Source of the DNA: Kofleriaceae bacterium
GTDB lineage: Bacteria > Myxococcota_A > Polyangia > Haliangiales > Haliangiaceae
Reading direction: 5' to 3'
DNA length: 64,000 nt
Assembly (NCBI GenBank): GCA_965215005.1
Contig: CBDCCZ010000010.1
Span: 156,063-220,062, forward strand
In this document: positions 45,409 to 55,760 of the stretch, piece after piece
Layout: each line of letters begins with the position of its first letter
Numbering within the stretch: the stretch's first letter is position 1
Notes under the pieces: model-generated
The model's database searches: none
Told to the model about the DNA's origin: nothing
The model's input: the letters and a program-made list of their open reading frames with translations, nothing else
Position numbers and translations under genes: made by a program

Positions 45409-46275
45409 TCACTCGCCGACGCTGAGGCGGCGCAGCTCGATGGTCGCGGCAATCCGATCGACACCGAGCAGGATTGACTCGAGGAGCTCACTACCCTCGG
45501 CGAAGCTCGCTGGCGCCAGGTTGTCGACGCGGCGGCCGCGGCCGATTGCTCCCTCCACCTGCCAATGCGCCGGCTCGCTGCCCGATACCACACCGATGGC
45601 GATTCCGCGGTGGCTGTTCATCAAGCTGAAGCAAGGCACATCGCTGTAGCCATCGCCGACATAGATCATCTGGCTGAACGGAATCGCGACGTCGTCATCA
45701 CTCAGCGGGCTGTGCAGGTCGGGTACGAAGTCGCCGTCGTCGTTGCCATGCACGCCGCGGGCAATCTGCAGCAGGTAACGAGTCTTCTCGGTGTGACTGA
45801 TGGTGCGCTTGGGAAAACAGATGACGCCGTCATCGTCGAAGGCGAAGCGGCTGGCATAAATGGCGTCGAGCTGCTGGGCCAACGCAGCATGTTCGATGAT
45901 GTCGCCGATGCCGGCGCTCACGATGTAGAGCTCGACCGCGGCACTGCAGCCCTGCTGCTTCAGTCGATCACGAACGCGGTCGAATAGCTCGATCGCGCCC
46001 GCATGCAGCGTCAGCTCGCGACCGTGCGCCGCTAATCGCTCGCGCGTAACCGGCCCGCCGAGAGCGCCGCTGCGGCTCATCTGCACCAGTACCCACATGC
46101 GCGCCAGGATCGGACTCCAGCCGCCGTCAATCAGCGGCTGCGTCTCGTCGTCGAATTCGCTCATGCTCGAGCCGTTGGCCCGCAAAAATGACTTCAGGCA
46201 GTCTGGCGCCAGCGTGTCATCGAAATCGAACACCAGCGCCAAGCGATCGTAGAGTCGAAGCGTGGAAGACGGCAC
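45409..46275 (-). CDS. HAD superfamily hydrolase
   Basis: FDFDDTL (motif I), YIVSAG (II), K (III) and YVGDGYSDVPCF (IV). Confidence 0.9.
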   Translation of the reverse strand: MPSSTLRLYDRLALVFDFDDTLAPDCLKSFLRANGSSMSEFDDETQPLIDGGWSPILARMWVLVQMSRSGALGGPVTRERLAAHGRELTLHAGAIELFDRVRDRLKQQGCSAAVELYIVSAGIGDIIEHAALAQQLDAIYASRFAFDDDGVICFPKRTISHTEKTRYLLQIARGVHGNDDGDFVPDLHSPLSDDDVAIPFSQMIYVGDGYSDVPCFSLMNSHRGIAIGVVSGSEPAHWQVEGAIGRGRRVDNLAPASFAEGSELLESILLGVDRIAATIELRRLSVGE

Positions 46276-47083
46276 GAGCCGAGAGTAGCGGCGCCACGTC
46301 TCGACGGCCAGTCCACCGGTTCAACTGGTCCGAAGGCTGAGGCGAACCGCGCCTAGTGGCGCATGAGGATCTGTTGCCGGTAGGTAGCAAGCCGTTGCCA
46401 AGCGGTGACAGTAAGGCGTCGCAATCACGTGCAATGGGGGCGCTGCGGCCTGGTCCAGCGCTTGCTGCAAGGGGTTGCATGGAGCCTTCAGCGAAAGAAG
46501 TATGCGGCTACTCGCAGCGCGTGTTGATCGACGCGCATCTGCCGGGGGTTCGCGGCGGCAACGCCATCAACCGGCCGGCCGTGGCGGCGGGAGTTTTCGC
46601 GTGGGCCTTGCAGACGGCTAGCCCGACGCAGTCGGCGCCACCGGCTATAGAAAGCGTTAGCGACACGATGTCGCGACTTACGGTGAACAGGGTACTGCAC
46701 CGGATCTCTCCTGATAGGCAGATCGGGTCGTTGATGTCGCGAGCTGTCGTCAATCGCTTCGCCTGATTCCTCGGAGCTCGGCTGCGTTTGCGTCACATCG
46801 CGGAGATGCTGTTCGGCAGGCAACTTTTAGCCGCGACCAGTAATGCGATTTGAACGTCAGCAAGTCCGGCCAGGTCGCACCGGATTGGCAGGTTGCCACT
46901 TGCTAATTCCAGAAGAAACGCAGCATCGCATGATGATCGTGCTGCTCCCATTGAGCGCGCCGGTCTGGGAAGCAGGACCGCAACCAGCTGGCCGAGGGTT
47001 CCATAAGCAGCCAAGGCCGCTCCTTGGGAAACACTGCAATGGGCCGGCGAGCGTTCTGAATTCCGTCTTGAGCGAGGTGTGTC

Positions 47084-48073
47084 GTGATCGATAGAAGTAA
47101 CGAAGTCTACGCTGAACTGATCGACGTCACACTGCGCGATGGCGGTTACCTAAACCAGCACGAATTCGCGGCAGACGACATCGACGGGATCGCCGGCGGT
47201 ATTAGCGCAGCCAGAATTCGATATGCGGAGATTGGCTATTACCGGCCTAGTTACGGCCCACACGCGCTGGCGGCGCCCGCGCGCTGTGACGCCCAGTATC
47301 TTCATCGCCTCCGTCGGCACCTCCCTGAGGCGAAGCTCGTGTGCATGGTACATCCGTCGCAGGTGCCTGCCGAGAGCTTGGACGAGCTCGCCGATCAGGG
47401 AGCGGACGTCGTACGTCTGGCGGTAACGCCGAAGACGCTCGTTGGGGCCCGTGCACACGTCCAGGCCGCCCGAGCTGCTGGCCTGATCGGCTCGGTCAAC
47501 TTGATACGAGCCAGCGAGCTGCCCGTGCAGTCCATTCTCGATACCGCGGCGCAAGCCGAGGATGCGGGAGCGCACTGGTTCTACGTTGCCGACTCCAACT
47601 CCGGCATGCACCCGGACGGCGTAGCACGCATCTTTGATGCGCTGCGCGCTAGATCTACGTTGCGCATCGGCTTTCATGCGCATAACGCCCTTCAGCTCGC
47701 GCTCGCCAATAGCCTAAGCGCCATTCGGTCGGGTGCCACACTGATAGACGGATCTCTTGGCGGCATGGGTAAGGGTGGCGGCAACTTACCTACCGAGCTG
47801 ACCGCCGCGGTTCTGAACGCCATGGGTGTGACCGAGTACCGGCTCGGGCCTCTCGCGGCGGTCGTCGAGCGACACATTCGCAAGTGGACGTCGGGGGTAA
47901 GCGCCTACGAGCGCTCGATTAGCGCGTTGTTGAATCTCAATCTCGAGCAGTACGAAGCATTCGAGCGCGAGTCCCGCGCTACGCATCAACCGCTGCTCTC
48001 GCTCCTGGAAGAAGCCCTCCGCACCGGCGATCGAGATCGGGCGGCTCCTGGAATCAAAACCGCGACCCTGTAG
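47084..48073 (+). CDS. DRE-TIM metalloaldolase, 4-hydroxy-2-oxovalerate aldolase (DmpG/NikB/RhiG)-like
   Basis: [61 protein letters not shown] upstream. Confidence 0.88.
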   Translation: MIDRSNEVYAELIDVTLRDGGYLNQHEFAADDIDGIAGGISAARIRYAEIGYYRPSYGPHALAAPARCDAQYLHRLRRHLPEAKLVCMVHPSQVPAESLDELADQGADVVRLAVTPKTLVGARAHVQAARAAGLIGSVNLIRASELPVQSILDTAAQAEDAGAHWFYVADSNSGMHPDGVARIFDALRARSTLRIGFHAHNALQLALANSLSAIRSGATLIDGSLGGMGKGGGNLPTELTAAVLNAMGVTEYRLGPLAAVVERHIRKWTSGVSAYERSISALLNLNLEQYEAFERESRATHQPLLSLLEEALRTGDRDRAAPGIKTATL

Positions 48074-48855
48074 TGAGCTTTACGATGAACACACACGAAT
48101 TCCTCCGGTCCCTTGACGAGCAAATCGGCTCGCGGAAGAAGATGACGAGCCCGCTCTACCAGATCATCATGAGCGGCAAGGCCACGCCGCGACTGCTGAA
48201 GAACATGGTGCTGCAGCGGTGGCCCATCAAGAGCTTCTGGACCCGCAACATCCTCGGCATCGCGTCGCGCGTCGAAAACTACGAGCTTCGCAAGAGCCTG
48301 GTCGAGAACATCTACGAAGAGGAGACCGGCGCAATGTCGCGCTCTCGCCGCCACCTCGAGACCTTCGCCGACTTTGGCGCCTGCGTTGGCGTCGAGCGGG
48401 CGGCGCTCGACACCGTCGAGCCGTTGCCCGAGACCCGGGCGGTAGTCGACCACAACGTTGCCGTATGCAACACCGAGATTCACTTTACGGCCGGCGTGGC
48501 CTCCGTCTTGCTGCTGATGGAGGGCCAGCCGCCGATCGTCCGCAGCGACGGTCAGAGCATGGAGGCGGTGATGCGCGACGTCTACGAGCTGCCGCCGCAA
48601 GGCGTCGAGTATTTCACCCATCACGCCTCGTCCACGGCGGAGGACGAGCACGTGAGCGAGCTCGAAGACGACCACGCCCGCGCCGCGCGCGAGCTCCTCG
48701 CGCGCTACTGCGATACGCCCGAGCTGCGCGCCCTGGCCTCAGATAGCCTGCGCCGAGCCATCGAGCTGCGTCACCGCCACTTCGAAGCACTCGTCCACCA
48801 CTACTTCGACGAGTCCGAGCGGCCCTTCCGGTGGAGCGAGCGAGGCGCATCATGA
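48073..48855 (+). CDS. Heme-oxygenase-like diiron oxidase (HDO; CADD/PqqC/TenA-like fold)
   Basis: ENIYEEETG...HLETF..F, MEGQ and YFTHH...EDDH match the E/H/E/H/D-E/H metal-ligand pattern. Confidence 0.8.
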   Translation: MSFTMNTHEFLRSLDEQIGSRKKMTSPLYQIIMSGKATPRLLKNMVLQRWPIKSFWTRNILGIASRVENYELRKSLVENIYEEETGAMSRSRRHLETFADFGACVGVERAALDTVEPLPETRAVVDHNVAVCNTEIHFTAGVASVLLLMEGQPPIVRSDGQSMEAVMRDVYELPPQGVEYFTHHASSTAEDEHVSELEDDHARAARELLARYCDTPELRALASDSLRRAIELRHRHFEALVHHYFDESERPFRWSERGAS

Positions 48856-49772
48856 GCGGCGCTTCGCGACCACGCGTCGTCTATCACGACGGCGCGTACG
48901 TGGCTGAATCCGCCGCCGTTGTCCCGGTGGCGTCGCAGGCGATGCGCTATGCGTTGTCGGTCTTCGAGGGCGTTCGCATGTATACGCGATCGGCCCAGGA
49001 GCGGCCGCGTGCGTTTCGCCTCGAGGACCATCTTCGGCGCCTGCGCCAGTCCCTGCGGGTCATGCAGATGCCCTGCGACGACCTCGACACCCTCCCTGCG
49101 ATCATCGAGCGTCTCGTCGATGACAACGCGATCGATCACGACTGCTACGTCCGCATCGCGGTCAGCGTGGTGTCGCCCGGAACCATGCGCGAGCTAGCGA
49201 TTCGCACCGCGACTACCGTCAGTGTGACGTCGATGGGCCGTAAGTCATGGCTCGCCGAAGGGCGGGCCATGCGGGTCTGTATCGGCCCCTGGCAACAACC
49301 GGCCGCTCTCGCCTTCCCACCCGAAGTCAAGTGCATCGCGCGCTACGCCGGGGCTCGCATGGCATCGCTGCAGGCGCGCCGATCCGGCTACGACGAGATC
49401 ATTCTGTTGGGTGCAAACGGTCACCTCACGGAAGCCCCCACGGCAAACCTGTTCCTGGTGCGCGACGGCATCGTATGGACACCGCCGGTGCGCGATGGCG
49501 CTCTTCCGGGCATCACGCGGGCGACCCTGCTCGAGCTAGCGGCGTCTCGCGGGCTCACGGCACGGATCGAGTCCCTGAGCCGCGACGACGCCTATGGTGC
49601 CGACGAAGCGTTTGTGTGCGGCACCGGGCTCGAGCTCGCACCGATCGAGTCATTCGATGGCCTGCCCGTCAGCTGCCAAGGCCTGGGGCCTATCACCAAA
49701 TCGCTCATCGGCGCCTACTTCGAGACCGTTCGGTCGTCGACTGACGGTCGCGCAGCCTTGGGGGCACTGTGA
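48852..49772 (+). CDS. Class IV PLP aminotransferase (branched-chain/D-amino acid type)
   Basis: [25 protein letters not shown] (PLP lysine), [14 protein letters not shown] and [10 protein letters not shown]. Confidence 0.92.
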   Translation: MSGASRPRVVYHDGAYVAESAAVVPVASQAMRYALSVFEGVRMYTRSAQERPRAFRLEDHLRRLRQSLRVMQMPCDDLDTLPAIIERLVDDNAIDHDCYVRIAVSVVSPGTMRELAIRTATTVSVTSMGRKSWLAEGRAMRVCIGPWQQPAALAFPPEVKCIARYAGARMASLQARRSGYDEIILLGANGHLTEAPTANLFLVRDGIVWTPPVRDGALPGITRATLLELAASRGLTARIESLSRDDAYGADEAFVCGTGLELAPIESFDGLPVSCQGLGPITKSLIGAYFETVRSSTDGRAALGAL

Positions 49773-51145
49773 TCGATTGGCCGACTACCGCAAACGTGTT
49801 GGCGTGCCTCGAGCCGACCGCCGCCGCGGCCTTGGCCGAGCAAGTTGCCACGACGCTCCGCGAGGCGCCGGTGTTTCGCAACACCGACTATCCATTCACG
49901 CCGGTCCCGATGTTCGTCGAGAGCCGCGCCTTGAGTGCGCTCATCGAACGGACGCAAACGTACGTCGCGCTGCTCGAGAAGGTCATTCGGCTGTACCGCG
50001 AGCACGGAGATGTCCGGCGCTTCTTCGGCCTCGATCCCGCGGCCGAGGGGCTGGTGGCCACCCGTTCCGGTCTAGCTCGCGAGATCGCCATCTGCCGGCT
50101 TGACGGCTATTTAACGGCCGGCGAATCGCAGCTCTGCGTGCTCGAGAACAACTCGGACTGTCCGGCGGGCACGCTGTTCACCCAGCGCTTGAACGCCGCC
50201 ACGGATCACGTCATCTCGGCCACCCTGTCATCGCTCGGGTTGATGAGCCGAGCGATGCCCGCCGATGTGCCGGGCGCCATGCTCGAGGCGCTGCTGTCGA
50301 GCTATCGCGCATGGGGCGGCGGAGCGTCGAGCCCCCGGCTCGCGATCCTCCAGCTGGCCGGCCGATCAAACGTCGAAAGCCATGAGATGGCCGCCGAGTT
50401 CACGCGCCTCGGAGTCGCGGCGGTCGTGCTCGATCCGCGCGAGGCAACCTTCACCCTGGGCGGCGTGCACCACGAGGGCGAACGGATAGACCTCGTGTGG
50501 AACAAAATCAACACCGCGAGCTTTCGCGACCTGCTCGCGGAGTATCCAGACGCGGTCGAGCAGTGGCGACGCTGCATCGACACCGGCGCCATCTGCCACC
50601 TCAACGGGTTCGGCGCCCGCTATGTCACCGAGAGCAAGCTGTGCACCGCGTTCGTTCAGGAAGAAGCCTTCGCGCCGCTCTTCGACGACGCCGAGCGCGA
50701 GCTCGTGGCCACGCTCTTGCCCTGGGCGCGCAAGGTCGAGGCTGACCGCTCCGTCGATTGGCGCGGTGACCGCGTCGATTTCGTGTCGCTGCTTCTCGCC
50801 CGCCAGATGGACTTCGTCCTCAAGCAGCCCTATGACATCCGCGGTGACGGCGTCACGGTTGGGCGAGGTGTCGACCGAGACACCTGGTGCGCGGCGGTGG
50901 CCAGCGCTGTCCGCGATGGACACGTCGCGCAAGCCTACGTGCGTCCCACGACCGTCCCGATCGTGACCGACCTAACGCCGCGGATCACACCGATGCCCGC
51001 CAGCCTGGACACCTTCTTGTTCGAGGGCCGGTTTCAGCTACTCGGCAGCAAGGCAAGCTTTCACGACAAGCTGAACCTCTTCCAGGGCGGGCGAAAGATC
51101 GCCGTGCGCGTTGCCGCGCCCATCCCCGCCGCTGACGGCTCATGA
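49769..51145 (+). CDS. Circularly permuted ATP-grasp ligase (glutathionylspermidine-synthase-like fold), #1
   Basis: RLDGY, VLENNSDCPAG, ESK, FVLKQPYDIRGDGVTVGR and VAQAYV. Confidence 0.8.
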   Translation: MIDWPTTANVLACLEPTAAAALAEQVATTLREAPVFRNTDYPFTPVPMFVESRALSALIERTQTYVALLEKVIRLYREHGDVRRFFGLDPAAEGLVATRSGLAREIAICRLDGYLTAGESQLCVLENNSDCPAGTLFTQRLNAATDHVISATLSSLGLMSRAMPADVPGAMLEALLSSYRAWGGGASSPRLAILQLAGRSNVESHEMAAEFTRLGVAAVVLDPREATFTLGGVHHEGERIDLVWNKINTASFRDLLAEYPDAVEQWRRCIDTGAICHLNGFGARYVTESKLCTAFVQEEAFAPLFDDAERELVATLLPWARKVEADRSVDWRGDRVDFVSLLLARQMDFVLKQPYDIRGDGVTVGRGVDRDTWCAAVASAVRDGHVAQAYVRPTTVPIVTDLTPRITPMPASLDTFLFEGRFQLLGSKASFHDKLNLFQGGRKIAVRVAAPIPAADGS

Positions 51146-52164
51146 GGGAGATCCGTGTTCATGGCGACGCCTTCCAGCGCGGCGTTCAGCATGGCCGCCA
51201 AGCCGGCGCCGCGATCCGCGCGTTCGTCGCCGATCGCATGGCACGCGTCAATGCGCTCCGGCCGCGGCCGCTGGAGCCGAGGCACGTGGTCGCCCGGTGC
51301 CGAGAACATGCAGCCATCGTCCGTGAATGCCTTCCGGCGCTCGACCGCGAGATTCGCGGCTTGGCAGCCGGCGCCGAGATTTCCGCCGACGATGCCTACC
51401 TCCTTCAGCTACGCCGGGAGCTCATCGCCTTCGACCGCGACTGTAGCTCGCTCGCCTACGTGGATCCCGAGGCCGGGCCGGTCATCGCTCAAAACGTGGA
51501 TCTACCCGGAGGCATGGCGCCCCTAGCCACCATCCTCCGTGTCGACGATCCGTTGGCGCCGCGGCACTGCCTGGTCACCTTCGCCGGCCTTCTCGGATAT
51601 CTGGGCATCAACGAAGCCGGCGTGGCCATCGGCATCAACATGGTGCTCTCGGACGACTGGCAGGTCGGCGTTCCGCCGTATCTGCTCGTGCGCCACTGCC
51701 TAACCCTCACTAGCATCGACGACATCATCCACGAGCTGCAGCGCATCCCCCGCGCCAGCTCGCGGAGCTTTTTGGTGGCCGACGCGCATGAGGTCGTTAA
51801 CATCGAGATGACCGCGCGTGAGCTGCGGGTGCTGCGCAGCCCGCTGCACGTGCACACCAATCACTTCCTTCACCCAGAGCTCGCCGTTCACGAGACGCTC
51901 GACGCCGACGCGCGGGCGCGCTCGAAAACGCGCCTCGAGCGTCTGCGATCGCTGGTCGACGGCGGCGCTCTCACCGTCGATGGCGTCGGTGACTTCCTCG
52001 CCGACCATGGCCCCGAGGGGGCCAGCATTTGCGCTCACACCGACGGCGACCTTCGTCGCGGCGAGACCGTCGCCTCGGTGGTCCTGACACCCGGGCGGCG
52101 CTCACTTCGGGCGCTCGCCGGCCACCCTTGCCAGAACTCTTATCGAACATTTTCTCTGTCATGA
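51142..52164 (+). CDS. C45 family autoproteolytic acyltransferase/hydrolase (Ntn hydrolase, IAT-like)
   Basis: RGVQHG, EIRGLAAGA, D-C-S-S autocleavage Cys, AQNVD, GINEAGVAIGIN and HTNHF. Confidence 0.88.
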   Translation: MREIRVHGDAFQRGVQHGRQAGAAIRAFVADRMARVNALRPRPLEPRHVVARCREHAAIVRECLPALDREIRGLAAGAEISADDAYLLQLRRELIAFDRDCSSLAYVDPEAGPVIAQNVDLPGGMAPLATILRVDDPLAPRHCLVTFAGLLGYLGINEAGVAIGINMVLSDDWQVGVPPYLLVRHCLTLTSIDDIIHELQRIPRASSRSFLVADAHEVVNIEMTARELRVLRSPLHVHTNHFLHPELAVHETLDADARARSKTRLERLRSLVDGGALTVDGVGDFLADHGPEGASICAHTDGDLRRGETVASVVLTPGRRSLRALAGHPCQNSYRTFSLS

Positions 52165-52982
52165 CGCAACGAATTCAGCACTACAACGTATTCGGCGCCG
52201 ACGACGCGTCGGGCAACACGGCGGCGGTCCTGCCGCAAGACGATCGCGATGACCAGGCCATGCGACAAGTCGCGGCGTCGGTCTCGGCGGTCACCACGGT
52301 CTTCGTCGCCCCCGCCAGCGATGCGGCGGCCGCGGTTCGCTTCTTCACCGCCACGTCCGAGCTGTCGCTGTGCTTCCACGGCCTCTTGGCCGCCAGCGCC
52401 TGGGTGCTCGATGAGCGCGGAGCCGATGCCGTAGCGCTCCGCATCGGCGATCGGCGATTCCGCGTCCAACGGCAGGACCGCGTGCATTATGTCGAGGCGG
52501 GTGAGTATCGCGAGGCCCCGTCGCCCCTTGCCGAGGCCGACGCACTCGCGCTGCTTGGCCTCGACGTCGACGACCGCGGCGACGGCCCCCTCTGCGTCGC
52601 CTCGATCGGCAGCCCCAAGCTCCTCGTCTCCGTCGCGGATCCGCGTCGCTTAGCCGCGGCTCGACCGAATCTAGCGGCCATGGCCGATGCCAGCAAGATG
52701 CACTCCTTCAATGGCGTTTACGCCTACGCCGCTGCCTCGGCTGCTGATCCGGTGCAGATCGACGCGCGCGGCTTCAATCCCCTGCACGGCGTCGATGAGG
52801 ATCCGGCCACCGGTGTCGCCGCCGGCGCTCTTGGAGCGGCACTGTCTAGGCGCGGAAGACTGCGCGGCGGGTGCGAAATCTCGCAAGGCACGGCGCTGGG
52901 GCAACGAAACCGCATTTACGTCGCTGTCGGCGACACGGTTCGCGTCGGCGGCACCGTTAGGAACAGCGAGGTGGCGAGATGA
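52161..52982 (+). CDS. PhzF family isomerase/epimerase
   Basis: NVF....GNTAAV, VRFFT..SELSLCFH, SIGSP, EDPATG.AAGAL and QG..LG. Confidence 0.88.
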   Translation: MTQRIQHYNVFGADDASGNTAAVLPQDDRDDQAMRQVAASVSAVTTVFVAPASDAAAAVRFFTATSELSLCFHGLLAASAWVLDERGADAVALRIGDRRFRVQRQDRVHYVEAGEYREAPSPLAEADALALLGLDVDDRGDGPLCVASIGSPKLLVSVADPRRLAAARPNLAAMADASKMHSFNGVYAYAAASAADPVQIDARGFNPLHGVDEDPATGVAAGALGAALSRRGRLRGGCEISQGTALGQRNRIYVAVGDTVRVGGTVRNSEVAR

Positions 52983-53650
52983 ACGCGCTCACAGTCGAAG
53001 TCGTCGATCAATTCGGTCGGCTCAGCACCGCAACGATCTCCGACGCCATGGACACCCTCGGGCTCCCCGCCGGCTGCCATGGAATTCGCCCGATGATCGC
53101 AGCTCGATCCTTCGTGGGATTGGCCCATACGATTCTCTACGCGCCCGCGCGCGCCGGGCAGAAGTCTCCCGCGCCCAACTACCTCAACGACATCGCAGCC
53201 GGGTCCGTCGTCGTGATCGACAACGGCGGGCGCACCGAGTGCACAGCGTGGGGCGATCTGCTGTCTCTAGCGGCATTGCAACGAGGCATCGCCGCCACGG
53301 TCATCGACGGCGCCTGCCGTGACGTCGACGCGATCGAGGCCATCGGCTACCCGGTGTTCGCCAAAGCTGCCTTCATGATGTCGGGAAAGAATCGCAACCA
53401 AATGGTCGCGGCGCAGGTCCCCGTGACCATCGGCGAGCGCGAGGTCACCCCCGGCGACATTCTCCGCGGCGACGGCAGTGGCGTGGTCGCGGTGCCGAGC
53501 GCGCGAGCGCGCGAGGTGCTCGACATCGCCCTGCGTATCGAGGAGGTCGAAGGCTACATTCGCGACGACGTCAGCCGCGGCGGCTCGCTCGCCGAGTCCC
53601 GCAAGCGGCATGGGTACAACGCGTTTGGCTGGCGCGGGGAGCCGCGATGA
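52979..53650 (+). CDS. RraA-like / 4-hydroxy-4-methyl-2-oxoglutarate (HMG) aldolase family protein
   Basis: STATISDAMD, VVVIDNGG, WGDL, DGACRDVD and PGDILRGDGSGVV. Confidence 0.9.
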   Translation: MNALTVEVVDQFGRLSTATISDAMDTLGLPAGCHGIRPMIAARSFVGLAHTILYAPARAGQKSPAPNYLNDIAAGSVVVIDNGGRTECTAWGDLLSLAALQRGIAATVIDGACRDVDAIEAIGYPVFAKAAFMMSGKNRNQMVAAQVPVTIGEREVTPGDILRGDGSGVVAVPSARAREVLDIALRIEEVEGYIRDDVSRGGSLAESRKRHGYNAFGWRGEPR

Positions 53651-54873
53651 GCGACGCCAAGGCGGCCATGGCCGTCACCGCGCGGCGCGAGGGCATCGTC
53701 GGCTCCGGCGCGTCGATCATCGTCGACGGTGCTGAGCTCGCCGCCGACGAGCTCGCAGCGCTGAGCGTGCGTCTGCGTGAGCTCCTGGCCCTGCTCTGCG
53801 ATTTACCCGAGCGTCACGCGCCGCGCGGCCGCGGGCCGCTGGCGCTCTCCTTGGGACATCGCACCGATGAGCTGCCGCTGATCACCGCCGACGCGGCGCC
53901 CTTGGACCCAAACGCGCTCTTTCGCGTGGATCTAGTGCACAGCGGCGGCCGCTGGCGGGTCCTGGAGGTCAACGCCGACAGCACCGTTGGCGGCTTGACG
54001 TACGCAGCGCTGCCCCGTTTGACCGGCGCGCGCCGTTGCCAAGACGCCCTGTCGCGCTGGGCTGACGCGGTCGCTAAGCGATGCGCGGAGCGCGGCCGCG
54101 GCGCGATTATCGAGGACGAAGCGTGCGTCGCGGCCATGCGTCCAACCCTCGAGCGGATGGCAGCGGAGCTTGAGCAGCGCCTTCGCGTGCCGGTTCCAGT
54201 CATCGGCCACCGCGCCGCGCGCGCGGTCGGCACCGAGCTGCACGGCCCGCACGGCGCGCTCGGCTGGATCTATCGGTTGTTCTGTCTCGACGATATCCGC
54301 CGCGATCCGACCGGCTACGCCGGCCTTCGTGAGGCCCTCACCACCGGCCGAATTGCCGCGCCGTTCGGCTTCGAGTACCGCGTGGCCGGCAACAAAGCGG
54401 CTCTGGCTAAAGCTTGGCAGCTCCGCGACGACGGGCAGCTGAGCGCTAGCGAGGCTCGCGCGGTCGAAGAGCTGGTGCCGCGCACTAAGCTGGTGACGCG
54501 CTCGGCGATGGATGAGCTGGTCGCGCGTCGAGGCGAGCTCGTGCTCAAGCCCGCCGAAGGCTACGGCGGCATCGATGTCGTCATCGGCCGCGAGCACGCG
54601 GCGAGCGCGTGGAAGGCCAAGCTCGTCGAGCTCGTCGAGCCTGGTGCGCCACGCTTCGTCGTCCAGGACTACGTCCAGCCGCAGAAGCGCCCAGTCGTCA
54701 TCTCGCGCCCGGACGGTCAGCTCCTGTCCGGGCTCGCGCATCCGGTGTGGGGCGTGTTCGTGACCGAGGGTGAGGCGACCGGAGCAATTCTCCGCGCGAG
54801 CCTGGCCGACGGCGCCGCGGTGGTCAACGTTCGCGCCGGGGCCGCGGCGGGCCCGGTCGAGGTCGTGGCATGA
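53647..54873 (+). CDS. Circularly permuted ATP-grasp ligase, #2
   Basis: FRVDL, VLEVNADSTVGG, GNKAALA, LVLKPAEGYGGIDVVIG and VVQDYV. Confidence 0.8.
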   Translation: MSDAKAAMAVTARREGIVGSGASIIVDGAELAADELAALSVRLRELLALLCDLPERHAPRGRGPLALSLGHRTDELPLITADAAPLDPNALFRVDLVHSGGRWRVLEVNADSTVGGLTYAALPRLTGARRCQDALSRWADAVAKRCAERGRGAIIEDEACVAAMRPTLERMAAELEQRLRVPVPVIGHRAARAVGTELHGPHGALGWIYRLFCLDDIRRDPTGYAGLREALTTGRIAAPFGFEYRVAGNKAALAKAWQLRDDGQLSASEARAVEELVPRTKLVTRSAMDELVARRGELVLKPAEGYGGIDVVIGREHAASAWKAKLVELVEPGAPRFVVQDYVQPQKRPVVISRPDGQLLSGLAHPVWGVFVTEGEATGAILRASLADGAAVVNVRAGAAAGPVEVVA

Positions 54874-55760
54874 CCATCCTCATCCTGTGCCGCGAGCCAA
54901 CGCTCGACGTCACCGCGCTGGCTGCCGAGCTCGAACGGCGAGGCCACCAGGTGCTCGTTGCAGTCCCTGACCAAGTGGCCGTGGCCATGAACGAGCGACA
55001 GGTCGCCGTGCGAGTCGCCGGCCGGCAGGTCGACGTCGACGTCGTCTTCGGCTGGGTGTCGCTGCACGAGCGCGTGCGCGGCACCTGGCTCCTGCAAGCC
55101 TTCCGCGAGCTCGGTGTTTTGGTCATCAACGGCGCCGCCGTGCTCGACCTTGGCCAGAACAAGTTCCTGGCGTCTGTGCGAATGGCGCGGCTCGGCATCC
55201 CGCACATCCGCTCGGCCATCGCGTCATCGCACGCCGATGTGCAGCACTTCGCGCAAGTGTTGGGCTTGCCGATCGTCGTCAAGCCGATCGTCGGTGCCAA
55301 GGGGGACGGGGTGCAGCTCGTGCACGACGCGACCGAGCTGGCGGCGATCGCCGAGTCCTACTTTGCGCGTCGCGAGCCAGTGTACTTGCAGGAGCCGATC
55401 GACAAGCCGAGCCGCGACATTCGCGTGCGCGTCATCGACTATCGCGCCGAGCTGGCGTTCTACCGCTATGCGGCGCCCGGCCAGTTCGTCACCAACCTGG
55501 CCCTCGGCGGCCGCTGGGAGCCGTGTCCGCTCACCGAGCCGCTGAGTGCGCTCGCCGAGCAGTGCGCGCGCGCGTTCGACGCCCCAGTTGCCGGCGTCGA
55601 CGTCCTCGAGGACCCGGCCGGCGCGCTGCGAGTCATCGAAATCAACGTTACCCCGGCCATCACCTGGCCGGACGCGTCCACCGTTCAGTCGGTGTGCACC
55701 CTGCTCGAGGGAGCCGCCCGAGGAGATGCCAAAGATGGCCATCTTGATCTTCAACCGTAG
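54870..55760 (+). CDS. RimK/LysX family ATP-grasp ligase
   Basis: VINGA, NKFL, GIPH, PIVVKPIVGAKGDGV, YLQEPI, RDIRV, TNLALGG, GVDVL and IEINVTP. Confidence 0.92.
   Translation: MTILILCREPTLDVTALAAELERRGHQVLVAVPDQVAVAMNERQVAVRVAGRQVDVDVVFGWVSLHERVRGTWLLQAFRELGVLVINGAAVLDLGQNKFLASVRMARLGIPHIRSAIASSHADVQHFAQVLGLPIVVKPIVGAKGDGVQLVHDATELAAIAESYFARREPVYLQEPIDKPSRDIRVRVIDYRAELAFYRYAAPGQFVTNLALGGRWEPCPLTEPLSALAEQCARAFDAPVAGVDVLEDPAGALRVIEINVTPAITWPDASTVQSVCTLLEGAARGDAKDGHLDLQP

Noticed and set aside
46276..47083. RiPP (graspetide) precursor or LysW-like carrier for the ATP-grasp enzymes
   Set aside because: No short ORF with repeated core motifs, a recognisable leader or a C-terminal EDWGE was seen.
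47084..53650. Aromatic meta-cleavage catabolic operon suggested by the two aldolases
   Set aside because: No ring dioxygenases, hydratases or acetaldehyde dehydrogenase, and four ATP-consuming ligases point to biosynthesis.
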